Origin: Octopus vulgaris
Taxonomy: Eukaryota
Reading direction: 5' to 3'
Length of the DNA stretch: 64,000 nucleotides
NCBI GenBank assembly: GCA_951406725.2
Contig: OX597814.1
Location: 81,964,001-82,028,000 of the forward strand
Positions 41,634 through 55,040 of this stretch are shown here, in pieces. Numbering within the stretch: position 1 is the first letter of the stretch; each line of letters opens with the position of its first letter. Under the pieces are notes generated by a model, which saw nothing but the letters and a program-made list of their open reading frames with translations, ran no database searches and was not told the DNA's origin. Both the position numbers and the translations under genes were made by a program.

Positions 41634-42763
41634 TTTACATATTATCATGAAACAGAAGGTATTCATTCACTTAAATATCTAGATCTCTTTTCTTACTTGA
41701 GCATGTAACAACAAATTTAAAAGGAGATGAGATGGCGCAGTCTTAATGCCTTTTCAAAAATAAATTAAAAGCTTAAATGAACCGGATTAACTTTAACCGA
41801 GAATTGAAACTAAATCATAGGTTGTAGTTTCTGGAAACTTAGCTCTTGCTCCAAGGCACACGCAACATTTGTTCAAATACACCGTAGTTTATTCTGACAA
41901 CTTCCATGTCCAACACATTGGTTCCATGTCTTCCTGAACCCCTATCAGATTTCCTTAACTTTAACAGTATTGTCTTTCACTTTATCCATTTATAATTTCT
42001 TTTCTATTTGCTTTTGTTTTTCCTTTATTCTTACTAATGATACTTCCTCCACGGCGTTTTTCCTCACTTCACTAAGATCTATCTCTCGGTTTTCGTTAGT
42101 TAGCTGTTGCTCTCACACAGAAGTTAATTTACATCCGGTAAGGAAAAAAAGAAGAGAAAAAGATTGAGCTTAACAGCTTAATAAAGACGCCGGCTGAGGT
42201 ATAGAGATCATTGCTTCCAGGCAAAGCAGACAGCTACGGCTATTCTCAAATATAACTAAATGCGACAGAGCATAGAAAAAGGGGCTGTACAATACTTGTC
42301 CACGCCATGTTCGTATCACGATGTTTAATCGAATTACAAACCGGAATGAAACAGGCTTTCTGGATAATCATTGTCTGCTAAATGTAAATGCAATCATCGC
42401 TATTTGAAAAAAAAACAAAACAAAAAAACCCCAGCAAAAACAAAAAGCAAGATACCTTGTTTAACAGTTTGCTGTTTCATTGTTAGGATTGACTTTTTGT
42501 TTGGAATAGTCGTTTTGAATTACGATGTAAAAAGGAGACCGAGTATGTTACTCTGTGTTCAAAAAGAATGCATTGTAAATAAACTTTTACTGAGATTGTG
42601 TTTGTAAATTCTTGAATAAATATTGCCTGCAGCACTTATATCTTGTCCCAATATGAACCATTTTACTTGATTTTTATAACTAACCTTGTATATTGTCAAT
42701 AGAAACATGTATGCCTTCTTTTCTTTTCGAATATATAGACTTTTATAACACACATACATATAC

Positions 42764-42895
<132 letters not shown>

Positions 42896-43099
42896 AACCA
42901 AGAGAAAAGAGGGAAATATGATTAGTCAAAATTTATTAATACATTGACAAGACCTACAATTATTTCAATTAATCGCTTATAGTATAAAATCAATCAAATT
43001 TAATTCAAATCAATTTGGTTAATTATTATAAGCCAACATTTTTATTAACCTTATCTCCATCTTCTCTCTTGGTTTTTATAATAATAATATATATGTGTG

Positions 43100-43810
43100 T
43101 GTGCCTATATTATAAGATATTCAACCAGTCTAATCTTGGATATTTCTTGTATGACATTCCCTATTAGAAATTCCTTGATAGCTGTTACTCTTCTCTCCGT
43201 GTATAAACTTTCACACATAATTTTTACTATTTCACATTTTTCATTCTTCCTTCATTATAACCTTTTATTGATTTGCAGTTGTATTAAAGGTTAACAAAAT
43301 ACCCTGGAATATTTTTTCTGCTATGCCATGATATTTTATACTAATTATTCACTTGTTGAGTTTTTTGCAGGCTTCTGGTTCAAGTTACCATCTATCAAAC
43401 ACTTCATTATGACTCTCAAATCAACGTGATATAACCTAAGTACTGACCAGCTATCGCGATAGGTGGCTGATGTAATATTTTCCAGTAATACTCCCATGAC
43501 GAATCTAATAAAGAATACAATAAATTTTCGTTCTACCATCTTTAAGAAAAATTTTTTTTTCAGTTTTGTTGATTGGAAATTCACTTCAATAAATATAGTG
43601 GGATTTCTTAAACTGCAACAATGCCTCTGATGTACAAGAGAAAATGAATTGAGAATATATTAAGTTCAGTCTTTTTTCTTGAGTTTTAACGACAAAAACG
43701 AAAAGTAAGGTTAACAAAGGAAGTATCAAAATTAGCTCCTTTTTACTATTTCCATTTGTCGAGTACTTAAATGTTTCACTCAATATGATAGTATGTATAA
43801 TAACCAAGTA
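43100..43810 (-). mobile_element. Possible highly decayed L1-type LINE (APE endonuclease/linker region)
   Basis: Weak motif resemblance only (NGNSK..ILIL; DSWSVLRLYH; ESLY..IKEFL). Confidence 0.3.
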
Positions 43811-44134
43811 AATTACTGAATATTATGGATGCTTTCCCTTTGAACGGCAGATCGAGAAATTAATTTTTTGTAACTAAACACTTTCAAACTTCGGACACTG
43901 GTAGGATGTGTCATCTAAAAAATCTTTTACTCTTAGTGTTGTTGAGAAAAATCTATATTTTCAAAGTTATTTCGTATTAAAGTAGTCGTATTTCGGTAAT
44001 TTCAACCAATCAATGACATGTTTTCAGCTGAATAAAATTACTGCCGTTGTTTATCAACAACAACTATCGGCGGTGTATATTTCGTTTGTCACTGTTATCT
44101 ATGACGTCCTTCGTGCTTTTGTATTGATTTTAGC

Positions 44135-44278
44135 TTTAGGGTTTTAGAGTTAGGGTTAAGGTTTTAGGGTAAGGGTTTTAGAGTTAGGGTTAGGGTTGCA
44201 GTTTTAGGGTTAATGTTAGGGTTAAGGTTTTAGGTTTAGGAGTTAGGGTTAGGATTGGGATTTTAGGGTTAGAGTTAC
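44135..44278 (+). repeat. Degenerate telomere-like (TTAGGG)n tract
   Basis: About 20 TTAGGG/TTTTAGGG/TTAGAG variants. Confidence 0.85.
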
Positions 44279-44683
44279 GAAAAAAAGTAAAAATGAAGAA
44301 ATTGGAGGGGAAGGGGGAGTGGGGCAAAACAGTCTTTCCGAAAATAGTAGCTGAAAACAGGAAAAAAAAACTTAAAGCGTTCATCACGTCTTTTAGACAA
44401 GCATAATATATCTTGTCCTTCCTTGAGTGTGATTCGAAGAAAGCTTTAGTTGCTATTTCTAGTATTTTAAGAGGATCTTTCGTTGGTTAGTAACCACAAT
44501 TATTGACTGTATAGGATGTTTAATTTACCTTACCATCTCCTCAATCATTCTTTCATCTTCTCTTGCATTCCCGTACAAGTGATGAGAGCATCTTGAGTGC
44601 TTCGACATTTCAATAAATATGCTATCCAACGTCGCTTGAATAGGGAACGGGGTCTTTCTCTCTCTCTCTCCCTCTCTCTCTCA

Positions 44684-44777
<94 letters not shown>

Positions 44778-45472
44778 TAATCTCAACAAATAAGCACTCA
44801 TACATTCTGGTAGGATATTTCCACAACCTTTCTTTTTCTACCTTCTCTCTCTCTCTCTTTCTTTCTTTCTCTCTCTCTTCTTTTCTGCAACCCCTGTCAT
44901 CTTGTCTACATATATATCGTTCTTTTAATCACAGTATTGCACATTCATTCATACACTCTCCCACTTTCTTTGACGGTTTGATTGTATGTTTATTTGTGCG
45001 CGCGCGTGCGTGCGTAAACTTCCACGAAATAGCAATAGCAACAACAATAATAATAAAAATAATGATCATTTCTACTATAGACACAAGGCCTGAAATTTTG
45101 TGGGATTGGGAGGGTTCTGTCGAGTACATCGATATCGGTGCTAAACTGCTATTTATCTTATTGACCCGGAAAGGATGAAAGGCAAAGTCAACCTCGGTGG
45201 CATTTGAACGCAAAGCCACATGAAATGCCGCTAAGCATTTTGTCCGGTGAGCTAACGATTCCGCCATTACATTTAATAATTTCTTTTATGATAATTATAA
45301 TAATAATAATGGTTTCAGATTTAGGAACAAGACCAGAAATCTTGAGGGGATGGGGCCAATCGTTACTTCATTTTATCGAACCCCAAACCCGAGGCATAAA
45401 ATGGAAAGTTGACTTTGGAAGGATTTGAAATGATAATAACAGTATGACAACAACAACAACAACGACGACAAC

Positions 45473-46015
45473 TTCAGGAACGGGCAAGTGTCTCCGCTGT
45501 CGCATCTATAATAGAGTGGACGAAACCATTGCCTATATCACGAACGAATGCCCTAAACTTGCCCAAAACCATTACAAGTTGTCGTGACACGATGAGGTAG
45601 CGAAACTGCTATATTGGAAACTGTGCGAAAAGTGGAGGCAAGACGTGGTATGAGCAGAAATCGCAGTGAGTAACAGAGTCGGAAACTTGCAAAATCCTCT
45701 GGGATTTCCCAATCTAAACAGATCAGGTATTAGCATAGCAGACCGGACCTAGTGGTGGTTAACAAGATGCACCACATATCCTATACAGTTGATGTCACGT
45801 TTCCCCTTGACCCACGAATAGTCAAAGAAGAAGGCAAAAATAGATAAATACAATCCTCTTAAGTACGAAATAGCCCGGCAATGGAAAATCACGAAGGTGA
45901 AGATAGTGCCAATTATTGTTGGGTCCTTGGGGACAGTATCAGAAGGCATCAACAGGAATATAAAAGAAATTGGAATAGAGTGTCCAGTGGGACTGTTTGG
46001 CTGTGGCATACTTGC
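45473..46015 (+). mobile_element. R4/Dong-like LINE C-terminal block (CCHC knuckle plus RLE)
   Basis: ETIAYITNECPKLAQ..HDEVAKLLYWKLC, ILWDFPI, RPDLVVV, VPIIVGSLG. Confidence 0.85.
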
Positions 46016-46940
46016 GGAGACACTTGCTCATTCCTCAGATTGACTCTCCAATTCGTGGCCAAAGTTTGGTCTTGTGCTGTCAGTATAGTGCTCTCTATCT
46101 CTTTTTTCAGTGCTCTTTTCTTCAGCCAATCCCACCTATGTTTTCCAGCAACTTCAATTGTGGCTGCATGGAATTGATTGTGTAGTTCCTTGTTGTGTAA
46201 TGCTTCTTCATGTCCTTTTTGCACTTCTTCCTTTGTTTTTCAATACTCCCTCATTCATAACTGACACTAGCAAAGTTTCATTACTTTGAGTTAGGTATAT
46301 CATTAAGCTCCCAAGTTCAATACGTACGCAGTCTTCCACACTTATCAATCCCCTCGCTCCATTTGCTCTCTATGTATAGGCGATCAGTGTCTGCACGTGG
46401 ATGATGAGCTCCATGCATCATTAGAAGTTTTCTTGTCTTCCTATCCAACTCCTTTAGCGCCTCCTCTGTCCACTTCAGGATTCCAGCGCCATACAAAATT
46501 ACTGCGACTGCGCGCGAGTTTATTGCTGAAATTATGTTCCTGGCATTCCGCTTTGAAGCCAATATTTTTCTCACTCGACGCAGGTACTCTTTCTTTGTCA
46601 TTTCTTTCATATCGTTGTTTAATTCCATCTGCCTCAAGTATTCCCAGGTATTTATAATCAGATTCAGGTTCAATTGCATTCATCATTTCACCACTTGGCA
46701 CACATGTGCCTTCTGTCTTGACAAGCTTTCCGCGTCTAATCACCATTGTAGCCCATTTTGAGAGTCGAAACTCCATCTCGATATCATTCGAAAAGTCTGC
46801 ACAGATTGGACTAGTTCTGCCTCATTTTTGTGAACAACTTCAAGTCGTCCATGAATAGCAAGTAGTTCATTTTTTCCTTACCCCTTCCCAGATCATACTC
46901 CAACTGTAGTATTTCACTCAAGGGGATCATCTCAGCACAA
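46016..46940 (-). mobile_element. R4/Dong-like LINE RT C-terminal/thumb block
   Basis: LLFMDDLKL, MEFRLSK, YKYLGILE, AINSRAVAVILYGAG, LDRKTRKLL, LKKEIESTILTAQDQ; same family as 14497-15835. Confidence 0.9.
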
Positions 46941-46971
46941 ACCGACATTTTACGCTAAGTTTTCCTGCTTG

Positions 46972-47116
46972 TACCCATCTGTTGTTTTTAGATATTTTAC
47001 GTTGCATTCTCGATACCCACCTCTTTCTGTTTTTGGATATCTTACGTTACGTTTTTGATACCCATCCCTTGCTGTTTTGGGATATTTTACGTTGCATTTT
47101 TGATACCCACCTCTTT
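46972..47116. repeat. 45-bp minisatellite (~3.3 copies)
   Basis: taccca recurs at 46972, 47014, 47059, 47104. Confidence 0.85.
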
Positions 47117-47174
47117 TACATCGACTCCAGTGTTCGACTGGTACTTATTTTATCGACCCTGAAAGGATGATAGC

Positions 47175-47546
47175 ACGTGATAAAAATAAAATTACTGAAT
47201 AAACTGTATAGAGACTTAGAAAAAGGTGGGCTGCTATATATCAAACAGAAAGGGTGCCGAAAGAAGAGCCGGGGGACGAAAGATAAACTGTTAATTGATA
47301 ATCTGATTATCGGAAACTGCAAGAGAAGATACACAAACCCGATCTTGACATGGATTGATTATCGTAAAACATAGGATATGATACTACACTCCTGGATAAC
47401 AGGAACCATGTAAATGTATGGAGTAGCAGAAAACATGAGAAGTTTAGCAGAAAACATGAGTATAAAATATTGAAGAACTGAATCGACAGCGGGGAATCAG
47501 GTATTATGAGAGGTGAAAATCAAGAAAGGAATCTTCCAGGGGGGCA
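47175..47546 (+). mobile_element. R4/Dong-like LINE RT N-terminal block
   Basis: QKGCRKKSRGTKDKLLID, WIDYRK, HSWI, IKKGIFQG. Confidence 0.88.
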
Positions 47547-47547
47547 G

Positions 47548-48280
47548 TACTTTCACTGCACTACCGAGCGCAGCTGTGTGTACCTTGGGTAAGTACTGTA
47601 GCTTGTTGTGGTGCTCTTATTTTCACTGTATTGAAAGTGCTTTATGTAGGATGTGCGCCGTGCTTAGTAGTGCTATTTTCTATATGTTATAGACATTCGT
47701 AAGTCCTGATGTTTTGGCTATGTATTTGTTTGAATGTTTTTAATCATACCTATTATTATAGGGATTGTTTGCTCCACATTCGGGTTACCTCTGTTTCCAG
47801 ATCTTTCTATTTTGAGATTGACTCCGTTTCTTTTAGAGATACATTGTCATCTGTTGGTATTGATATATCGATCAGAAGGAATTTTTCTTGGTGATCTCTG
47901 ACAACTATGTCTGTATGTATTGGTATATCCAAGAGTATGGTTGCTTTGTCCTTTTCTGAGACCTTCTCTGGCGTGTGCCTATATCATCTTTTTTCTGTTT
48001 TCATTCCATAGTGTTGGCAAAGCTTCTAGTGTATATAGGTCCCAACTCTGTCATGTTCTGTGGATATATTCCTTCTGAGCAAGGACTAGGCAGCCAAAGA
48101 CAATATGATTTATTGTTTCTCCCCCGTCACCACATATTCTACAATTACTTGTATTTTTCTTCATTATGTGTTTCTGGTGGAGAGGCTTAGATCTGCTGCA
48201 ATTAAAAATCCTTCAGTCTCTGCTTTGAGTTCTGAGCTCCTCAGCCATTGTTGGGATTGTATTTTGTCTATTTCTTCTTC
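47548..48280 (-). mobile_element. Second RLE-type LINE family, 3' end
   Basis: QQWLRSSELKAETEGFLIAA, DIPIHTDIVVRD, LLIDISIPTDDN, then 3' UTR. Confidence 0.8.
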
Positions 48281-48304
48281 TTATTATTATTGTTAATATT
48301 ATTA

Positions 48305-48742
48305 AGGCAGCAAGCTGGCAGAATCGTTAGCACTCCGGGCAAAATGTTTAACGTCATTTCGTCCATGTATAGGTTCTAGGTTTAAACTCTGCCGAGATGA
48401 CTTTGCTTTTCATAATTTCCGAGTCGATAAAGTAAGTACCACTTCAGTGTTAGGGTCGACATAATCAACTTCACCCATCCCCAAAAACTACTGGCCACAT
48501 GCCAAAATATGAATCCAATATTATTAAGGCGGCGAGCTGGCAGAATCGTTAGCATGCCGGGCAAAATGCTCAGTTGCATTTCCTCCGTCTTTACGTTTTG
48601 AGTTCAAATTCTGCGGAAGCTGACTTTGCCTTTCATCCTCGCGTGGTGATAAATTAAGTACCAGTTGAATACTGAGGTCGACGTAATCGACTAGCCCCTT
48701 CCCTTTAAATTTCAGGCCTTGTGCCTATGATAGAAAGGATTA
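48305..48742 (+). mobile_element. Two head-to-tail short SINE copies
   Basis: ggcagcaagctggcagaatcg and ggcggcgagctggcagaatcg heads, each with core and tail. Confidence 0.85.
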
Positions 48743-48859
48743 TTATTGTTGACGTTGTAGATGATGTAGAAAGATTGAGGACAAGAGCAACAAGAGCTAC
48801 AAGAACAATAACAAGAGAGAGAAAGAAAGAGTAAGAAAACGAGAGACAAATAGATAGAC

Positions 48860-48896
<37 letters not shown>

Positions 48897-49300
48897 GAAA
48901 GAAATAAGCAGAAATGTATTAATTCTTCATACCCAAACCCTCCTCAGCTCGCTCCCTTTTAATTTTCTTCATACCCGTCATGCGCTATATCCTGTCTTTA
49001 ATGTCACTTGACGTCTACAGTCACGCACGCGCACCACGTGTATGGGAGTGCGCGTGTGCTGAAGTATGTGTGTGTGTACGTGTGTGTGTGTGTGTGTGTG
49101 TGTGTTTTGTGTCATCCTACTTCTCTTCTCCACCACAGCATGTCTGTACTCTATGTAAAGTGATCTGATTGTTCTCTCAGTGAAGTGGTGATAATGGTGG
49201 TGGTGATGATAGCGGTGGAAGAGAACCGTACATTGTTTGTTTGTTGGTTAGTAAGTTCGTTAATAGTTTCTTATAGTTAGTTGTTGGATTTCTTTTTATT

Positions 49301-49334
<34 letters not shown>

Positions 49335-49529
49335 ATATATATGTTCCTTTGTAATTTTTTATTGTCGTTTTTGTTGTTATTGCTATCGTTGATGCGTTGT
49401 CTTAATTTTTGTTGTTTGTTTCAACATTGTCGTTAACCGACGTTGTTGTAACAAATAAGTGGCGATTTCGGCACAGCATGTTTCCTACATTTCTGTATTT
49501 GACTACCATTACAAATACACATGTCTCTT

Positions 49530-49572
<43 letters not shown>

Positions 49573-49650
49573 TTCATTTGTATATTACTTTGTATTTTGT
49601 GTCTTATATTGTACTTTACGAAACTAATAAATATGGTAGACCGCACTCTA

Positions 49651-50054
49651 TATTAGTTTAAAATTTTGGCAGAAAGCCAGCAAATTCAGATGAAAGGAAT
49701 AGTGCTTTTACATCAACCCCGGTGCTCGACTGGTACTTATTTTATCGACCCCCAAAAGGATGAAAGGCAAAGTCGACTTCGTTGGAATTTGAACTCAGAA
49801 CGTAAAGACGGATGAAATACCTATTTCTTTACTACCCACAAGGGACTACACACAGAGAGGACAAACAAGAACAGACAAACGGATTAATTCGATTATATCG
49901 ACCCCAGTGCGTAACTGGTATTTATTTAATCGACCCCGAAAGGATGAAAGGCAAAGTCGACCTCGGCGGAATTTGAACCCAGAACGTAACGACAGACGAA
50001 ATACTGCTAAGTATTTCGCCTGACGTGCTAACGATTCTGCCAACTCGCAGCCTT
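49651..50054 (-). mobile_element. Dimeric tRNA-derived SINE
   Basis: Same architecture as 40824-41224. Confidence 0.85.
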
Positions 50055-50559
50055 GACCCCATTCTTTATCAAACGTGTAGTATGAAAGAAAATATTACTC
50101 TCCGAGTTTCTTTTTTCCTATTTTTCTTTTTTAACCGTATTAATCAGGAAAGGAGAGGCAGTTACTCCATAATCTTTACAGACCGTCCTGACTAAAGAAA
50201 CCGATGGTGTCAATGCCCAGCCTGAATATTTGAAGTAAAAAAAAAAAGAAGCAGAATGGGAAACAAATAACAGATCTAGAAATCTGCATTAAATTGAACA
50301 CTGTTAAAGGCATCCAAGTTTCGACTACCAGACAGGGTGGTGCGTTGAGCAAAAACGCTTCATTTCGTGTTGCTCCAGTTCACTCAGCGGATCTCTTCTG
50401 CTTGGCTGCCACTTTTCAATTTCTTCAATTTTGTTTCAATTGATTTCAGATTTGGTGTATTGATGTAGTTTTGTATGTTCTTTATTGACATGAAATTCAT
50501 TTTCGCCATAAATGAACAAATAAACAGTTAAGAGCATTTAAAGTTTGCAAATTTTACGT

Positions 50560-51325
50560 AATTTTAGTCCTACTTGCAAGAGAAGGGTGTTACCACTAGA
50601 AGAAAATTATGCAAAGAAAAAAAATAAACATTATATGAAAAAAAAAATTCGTGTGGAAACATTTACTTGTGGTGCTCCTGCAAATGATACAAGGAGTCTG
50701 TATCAGTAAGAAAAGATACGGGGGGTTAGAAGCCTTCTTCTTAGGACTGTACTGCTTTTCATTTAATTATGGGTCAAGGAATTAACTTCACTCCGATTTT
50801 GTGCTGAAGAACTGGAGATGAGTCATTGCACAGCTGTTGATTACAACAGTTATGTTCGTGAGATGTGTACGGAGGACCTGCTCAGTAACTCAGTCAAGAA
50901 TGGCGGTCCTGGGAAGATTGTTGAGACAAACGAAACAGTTTTCTCAAGACGTAAGTACAACCGAGGAAGGCTATTTGAGCAGCGGGTTTTCAGAGGAATG
51001 TGTTGCGAGACCAGACAGGATTTTCTTTATACGATGTCATGTCGGTATCGCGACACACTGGAGGAATGCATACAGAAGTAAATTATTCCAGCAACCACAA
51101 TTTTCAGTAATTCGTGGAGAGCGTACTCTCACATTCTTGAAATTGCTGGTTATAATTTTGAACATAGACCGGTGAACCACAGCGATGGTACCCACACGCA
51201 ACATGTGGCAAGTACATGGGTCTCTGTAAAGCGACTCTACGAGTTTATGTGGTGCAGGAGATATGAAAATTGCAATTCGTTTGAAAAATTACTTGAGTGC
51301 ATTACAAACTTTCTTTTTTCGTGAA
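50560..51325 (+). mobile_element. Merlin (IS1595/ISXO2-like) transposase pseudogene
   Basis: GGPGKIVETNETVFSRRKYNRGR, IIPATTIFSNSWRAY, HRPVNHS, THTQHV; expected catalytic Asp residues read as Asn, with stops. Confidence 0.88.
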
Positions 51326-51669
51326 CTGGACTACAAAATGTGTTGTTTACTCGTTTTTGTCGAACTGAGCTACAGTTTGCTTTCTCTGCTCCAACGAATA
51401 TGTTGATAAACATTTCTCTTGTTTACAGTTTTGTTTCTGTTCTAAAAACTACAAAATGTTGCCTTTCATTCTTTCGGAGTCGATGAAATAAATACCAGTC
51501 GAATACTAGGGTCGATGTAATCGACTAGCCTCCACTCCCAAAATTTTAGGCCTTGTGCCTATAGTAGAAAGGATTATTATCATTCAAATCCAGTCACGTA
51601 GTCAGAGAAATTGCACGGGCTAGAGACTAACTTGTCCCAAATACATTCCATTTAGATTACCGTACAAAG

Positions 51670-52000
51670 CGTAAAGACCCTCTTTGGTCATTAATGACCA
51701 TGAGATTGCACCTAGAAAGTTCCCCTCTGAGGCACAAGTCCGGCCAAAGTTGTTAATGGCAGACCAGCAGTCACCCATGCATACCAGCCTCCCCTCTCCA
51801 AACAGCTGAGGTTGTCCAAAGGAAAGGCAAAGGCTGATGCAATTTGGCACCAGTGACATCACAATTCATTTCTACAGCTGAGTGAACTGGAGCAACGTGA
51901 AATAAAGAGTCTTCCTCAAGAACACAACACACAGCCCGGTCCGGGAATCAAACTCACTACCTCATGACTCTGAGCCCGACGCTCTAACCACTGAGCCATA
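51670..52000 (-). mobile_element. Third tRNA-derived SINE family
   Basis: A box tggctcagtgg, B-box-like gagtttgattccc, body gtgttcttg..ttgctccagttcactcagctg; fragments also near 12560, 31140, 40190, 50330. Confidence 0.8.
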
Positions 52001-52045
52001 CCATACAAATCCATGTATAATGTGAATATTGTTACACCTAAATCA

Positions 52046-52448
52046 ATATTCTTTTCTACTCTATGCACAAGGCCCAACATTTTGGGGTAGTAGGGCCGGT
52101 CGATTAGATCAACCCAATTACGTGACTGGTACTTAATTTATCGATCCCGAAAGGATGAAAGGCAAAGTCGACCTCGGCAGAATTTGAACTCAGAACATAA
52201 AGTCAGACGAAATACCTATTTCTTTACTACCCACAAGGGGCTAAACACAGAGGGGACAAACAAGGACAGACAAACGGATTAAGTCGATTGCATCGATCCC
52301 AGTGAGTAACTGGTACTTAATTTATCGACCCCGAAAGGATGAAAGACAAAGTCGACCTCGGCGGAATTTGAACTCAGAACGTAACGGCAGACGAAATACG
52401 GTTACGCATTTCGCCTGGCGTGCTAACGTTTCTGCCAGCTCGCCGCCT
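52046..52448 (-). mobile_element. Dimeric tRNA-derived SINE
   Basis: Same architecture as 40824-41224. Confidence 0.88.
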
Positions 52449-52882
52449 TTACACCTAAATCAATATTAAAAATCAAAGGCGTGTCTAAGATGTGGTATTG
52501 GATTACAAAGTTTTCCACACCTATTTTTATTAAGAATAGATTATTATTTGTTTTTATTACATATCAATACATTTTATATAAAATTTAGTGTATTGGTTTA
52601 CAGAGAATCATCTACTCTTGTAGCAGCTGAGCAACATAGTGTTATATATACAGTATTATTGGTTTTAAAGACAATCTACGCCTCCAAATCGAGATGTGTA
52701 TTTACATGGTAGTATATCATGCAGAGACTTTTAAGGTTATTCTTTCGATTGGTACATTTTCCATACAGAGTACGTGTATATGTTACATCTACTGATAAGA
52801 GTGAGTATTGTAAAGGTATCTGAAAATCAGTACTGTAACTTGGCTTCGATTTCGGGCTATGGCTAATTCCTTTTTATTTCTG

Positions 52883-53297
52883 TTACTCCTCTTTACTCTT
52901 TTACTCTTTTACTTGTTTCAGTCATTTGACTGTGGCCATGCTTGAGCACTGCCTTTAGTCGAGCAAATCGACTCCAGGACTTATTCTTTGTAAGCCTAGT
53001 ACTTATTCTATCGGTCTCTTTTGCCGAGCAGCTAAGTTACGGGGACGTAAAAACACCAGCATCAGTTGTCAAGCGATGTTGGGGGGACAAACACAGACAC
53101 AAACATATACACACAAATACACATATATATATACATATATACGACGGGCTTCTTTCAGTTTCCATCTACCAAATCCACCCACAAGGCTTTGGTTGGCCTG
53201 AGGCTATAGTAGAAGATATTTGCCCAAGGTGCTACACAGTGGGACTGAAACCGGAACCATGTGGTTGGTAAGCAAGCTACTTACCACACAGCCACAC
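52883..53297 (-). mobile_element. Full-length microsatellite-containing SINE
   Basis: tggctgtgtggtaag head, internal (TA/TG)n, 3' stem-loop and (TAAAAGAG)n tail. Confidence 0.88.
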
Positions 53298-53464
53298 CAA
53301 AAAAAAACCTTGATTTTATCGAAGCCATTTAAGCTAATCTGCTATTGAGAAATACTGTCGTTGTTTGTTGTTTAAACCTAAGTTACCCTCATCGAGCATA
53401 CTTATAATGAAAGCTACTGTAACCGTCGTCACCTAATCTTCATAGATGTATATAGGGCTACATC

Positions 53465-53519
<55 letters not shown>

Positions 53520-53875
53520 CTACACGCATATATATATAATTATATATTATGTGCCCTTTCATTATTTAACATGTTAAAGGTGATTTGTGAGAGATGTAAC
53601 TGTTATTTCTAAACATTTGAGCGTCTATATAGAGGATCCTTTGTTGGGTTGACTGGTTGTTGATTATGAATAGTGACGTTGCAATGTATTTTAGGGTACT
53701 AAACATATTCCCGACAATAAAAGAAAGGTACCAGAAAAAATAATTACAAAATAATTATTACATAAAGTATTATGCTAGAGATCATATTTCATAATGTACA
53801 AACAATAAAATTTGTAAAGGTTAATAGCTATATATGTGTGTTTGTGTTTGTGTGTGTGTTTATGAATACTATCTC

Positions 53876-53912
<37 letters not shown>

Positions 53913-55040
53913 CTACACGCATATATATATAATTATATAATGGTAAACAGCAAAGAATAAAGACAAAAAAATTAAAAAGCCACAAGTTGCACTCGGACAA
54001 GTAAAGCATTTCATAATTGAGAACAAATAAAAAGCATTGTACTTAACATAAGGTATCTTCCAGAACATTCTTTCCTTGAATAACTAAACAACAGGCACAT
54101 TACAATAATTCTAATGACGGTTTTAGCCCAGATTTCAAATACTGAAAGATCGAATATTTTCATATATTGGTACATCGATTTTCCGAAAATTTTGGTTCCA
54201 GTGCTTTGGCGGATTACTGATTTTTCCGAACTGGAAGTGGTCACCTCTAAACTAAACAAATATTAACTTTACTTAAGTAATTAAATGAAATATAAATACC
54301 TGTGCATTAGTACAAATGATACACGTTTATCAATACTGTACTAAAGGCGGTGAGCAAACAGAATCTTTAGTGCGCCGGGCGAAATGCTTAGCGGCATTTC
54401 GTCTGACTTTACGTTCTGACTTTAAGTTCTGCTAATGTCGACTTTGCCTTTCATCCTTTCGGGGTCGATAAAATAAGTACTAGTTGAGAATGGGGTCGAT
54501 ATAATCCACTTACCACCTCCCCCGAAATTGCTGGCCTTGTTCAAAAATTTGAAACCAATACTGTACTGTGCACTGTACTACTGCTGCACATGTCACTGCT
54601 GTTAGTGACCAGATGTTTATTTTCATTTCCATCAAAATAATGGCTGTCAGGTTGTTTGAAATGACCACAATGAGAGCTGTCGCCCCAGGAATTACTGTAA
54701 CTATGTCTAGTCTGTTGTTAATACTGCCGCGTTAAGGTAACCCGCTTAATGTCTCATCGTGTGTTTCACACATGCGTTAAAAAATATGGTGTTTTAAGAA
54801 CAATCTTTATCGGTTTTTGTTGAGAATACTTCAGGCAGTGCAGTGAACCACAAAAGTTTTGATATCGTCCAACCATTAGATGTCTCTCTAATATCACATA
54901 CCACTTACCCCTCACTATTGCTTTAATACGATGTGACTTGACAGGTACCGTGAAATAGGACTAGATTACTAGGACCGCCCAGTAATCTAGTCTAACGTCC
55001 GTAGGAATTTGAAGTTCCTGCTCAAATTTAAAGTTGATTA

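Noticed and set aside
41930-42115. Charged helical peptide on the minus strand (EQQLTNENREIDLSEVRK..)
   Set aside because: In-frame stops, low complexity, no motif
46972-47116. CRISPR-like array
   Set aside because: Contiguous degenerate tandem repeat without unique spacers; eukaryotic context, no cas genes
51925-52000. Bona fide tRNA gene
   Set aside because: A/B boxes belong to a SINE head that continues into the SINE body; no complete cloverleaf evident
54959-54992. 12-bp perfect inverted repeat as a terminator or regulatory hairpin
   Set aside because: Isolated and short; no context to assign a function
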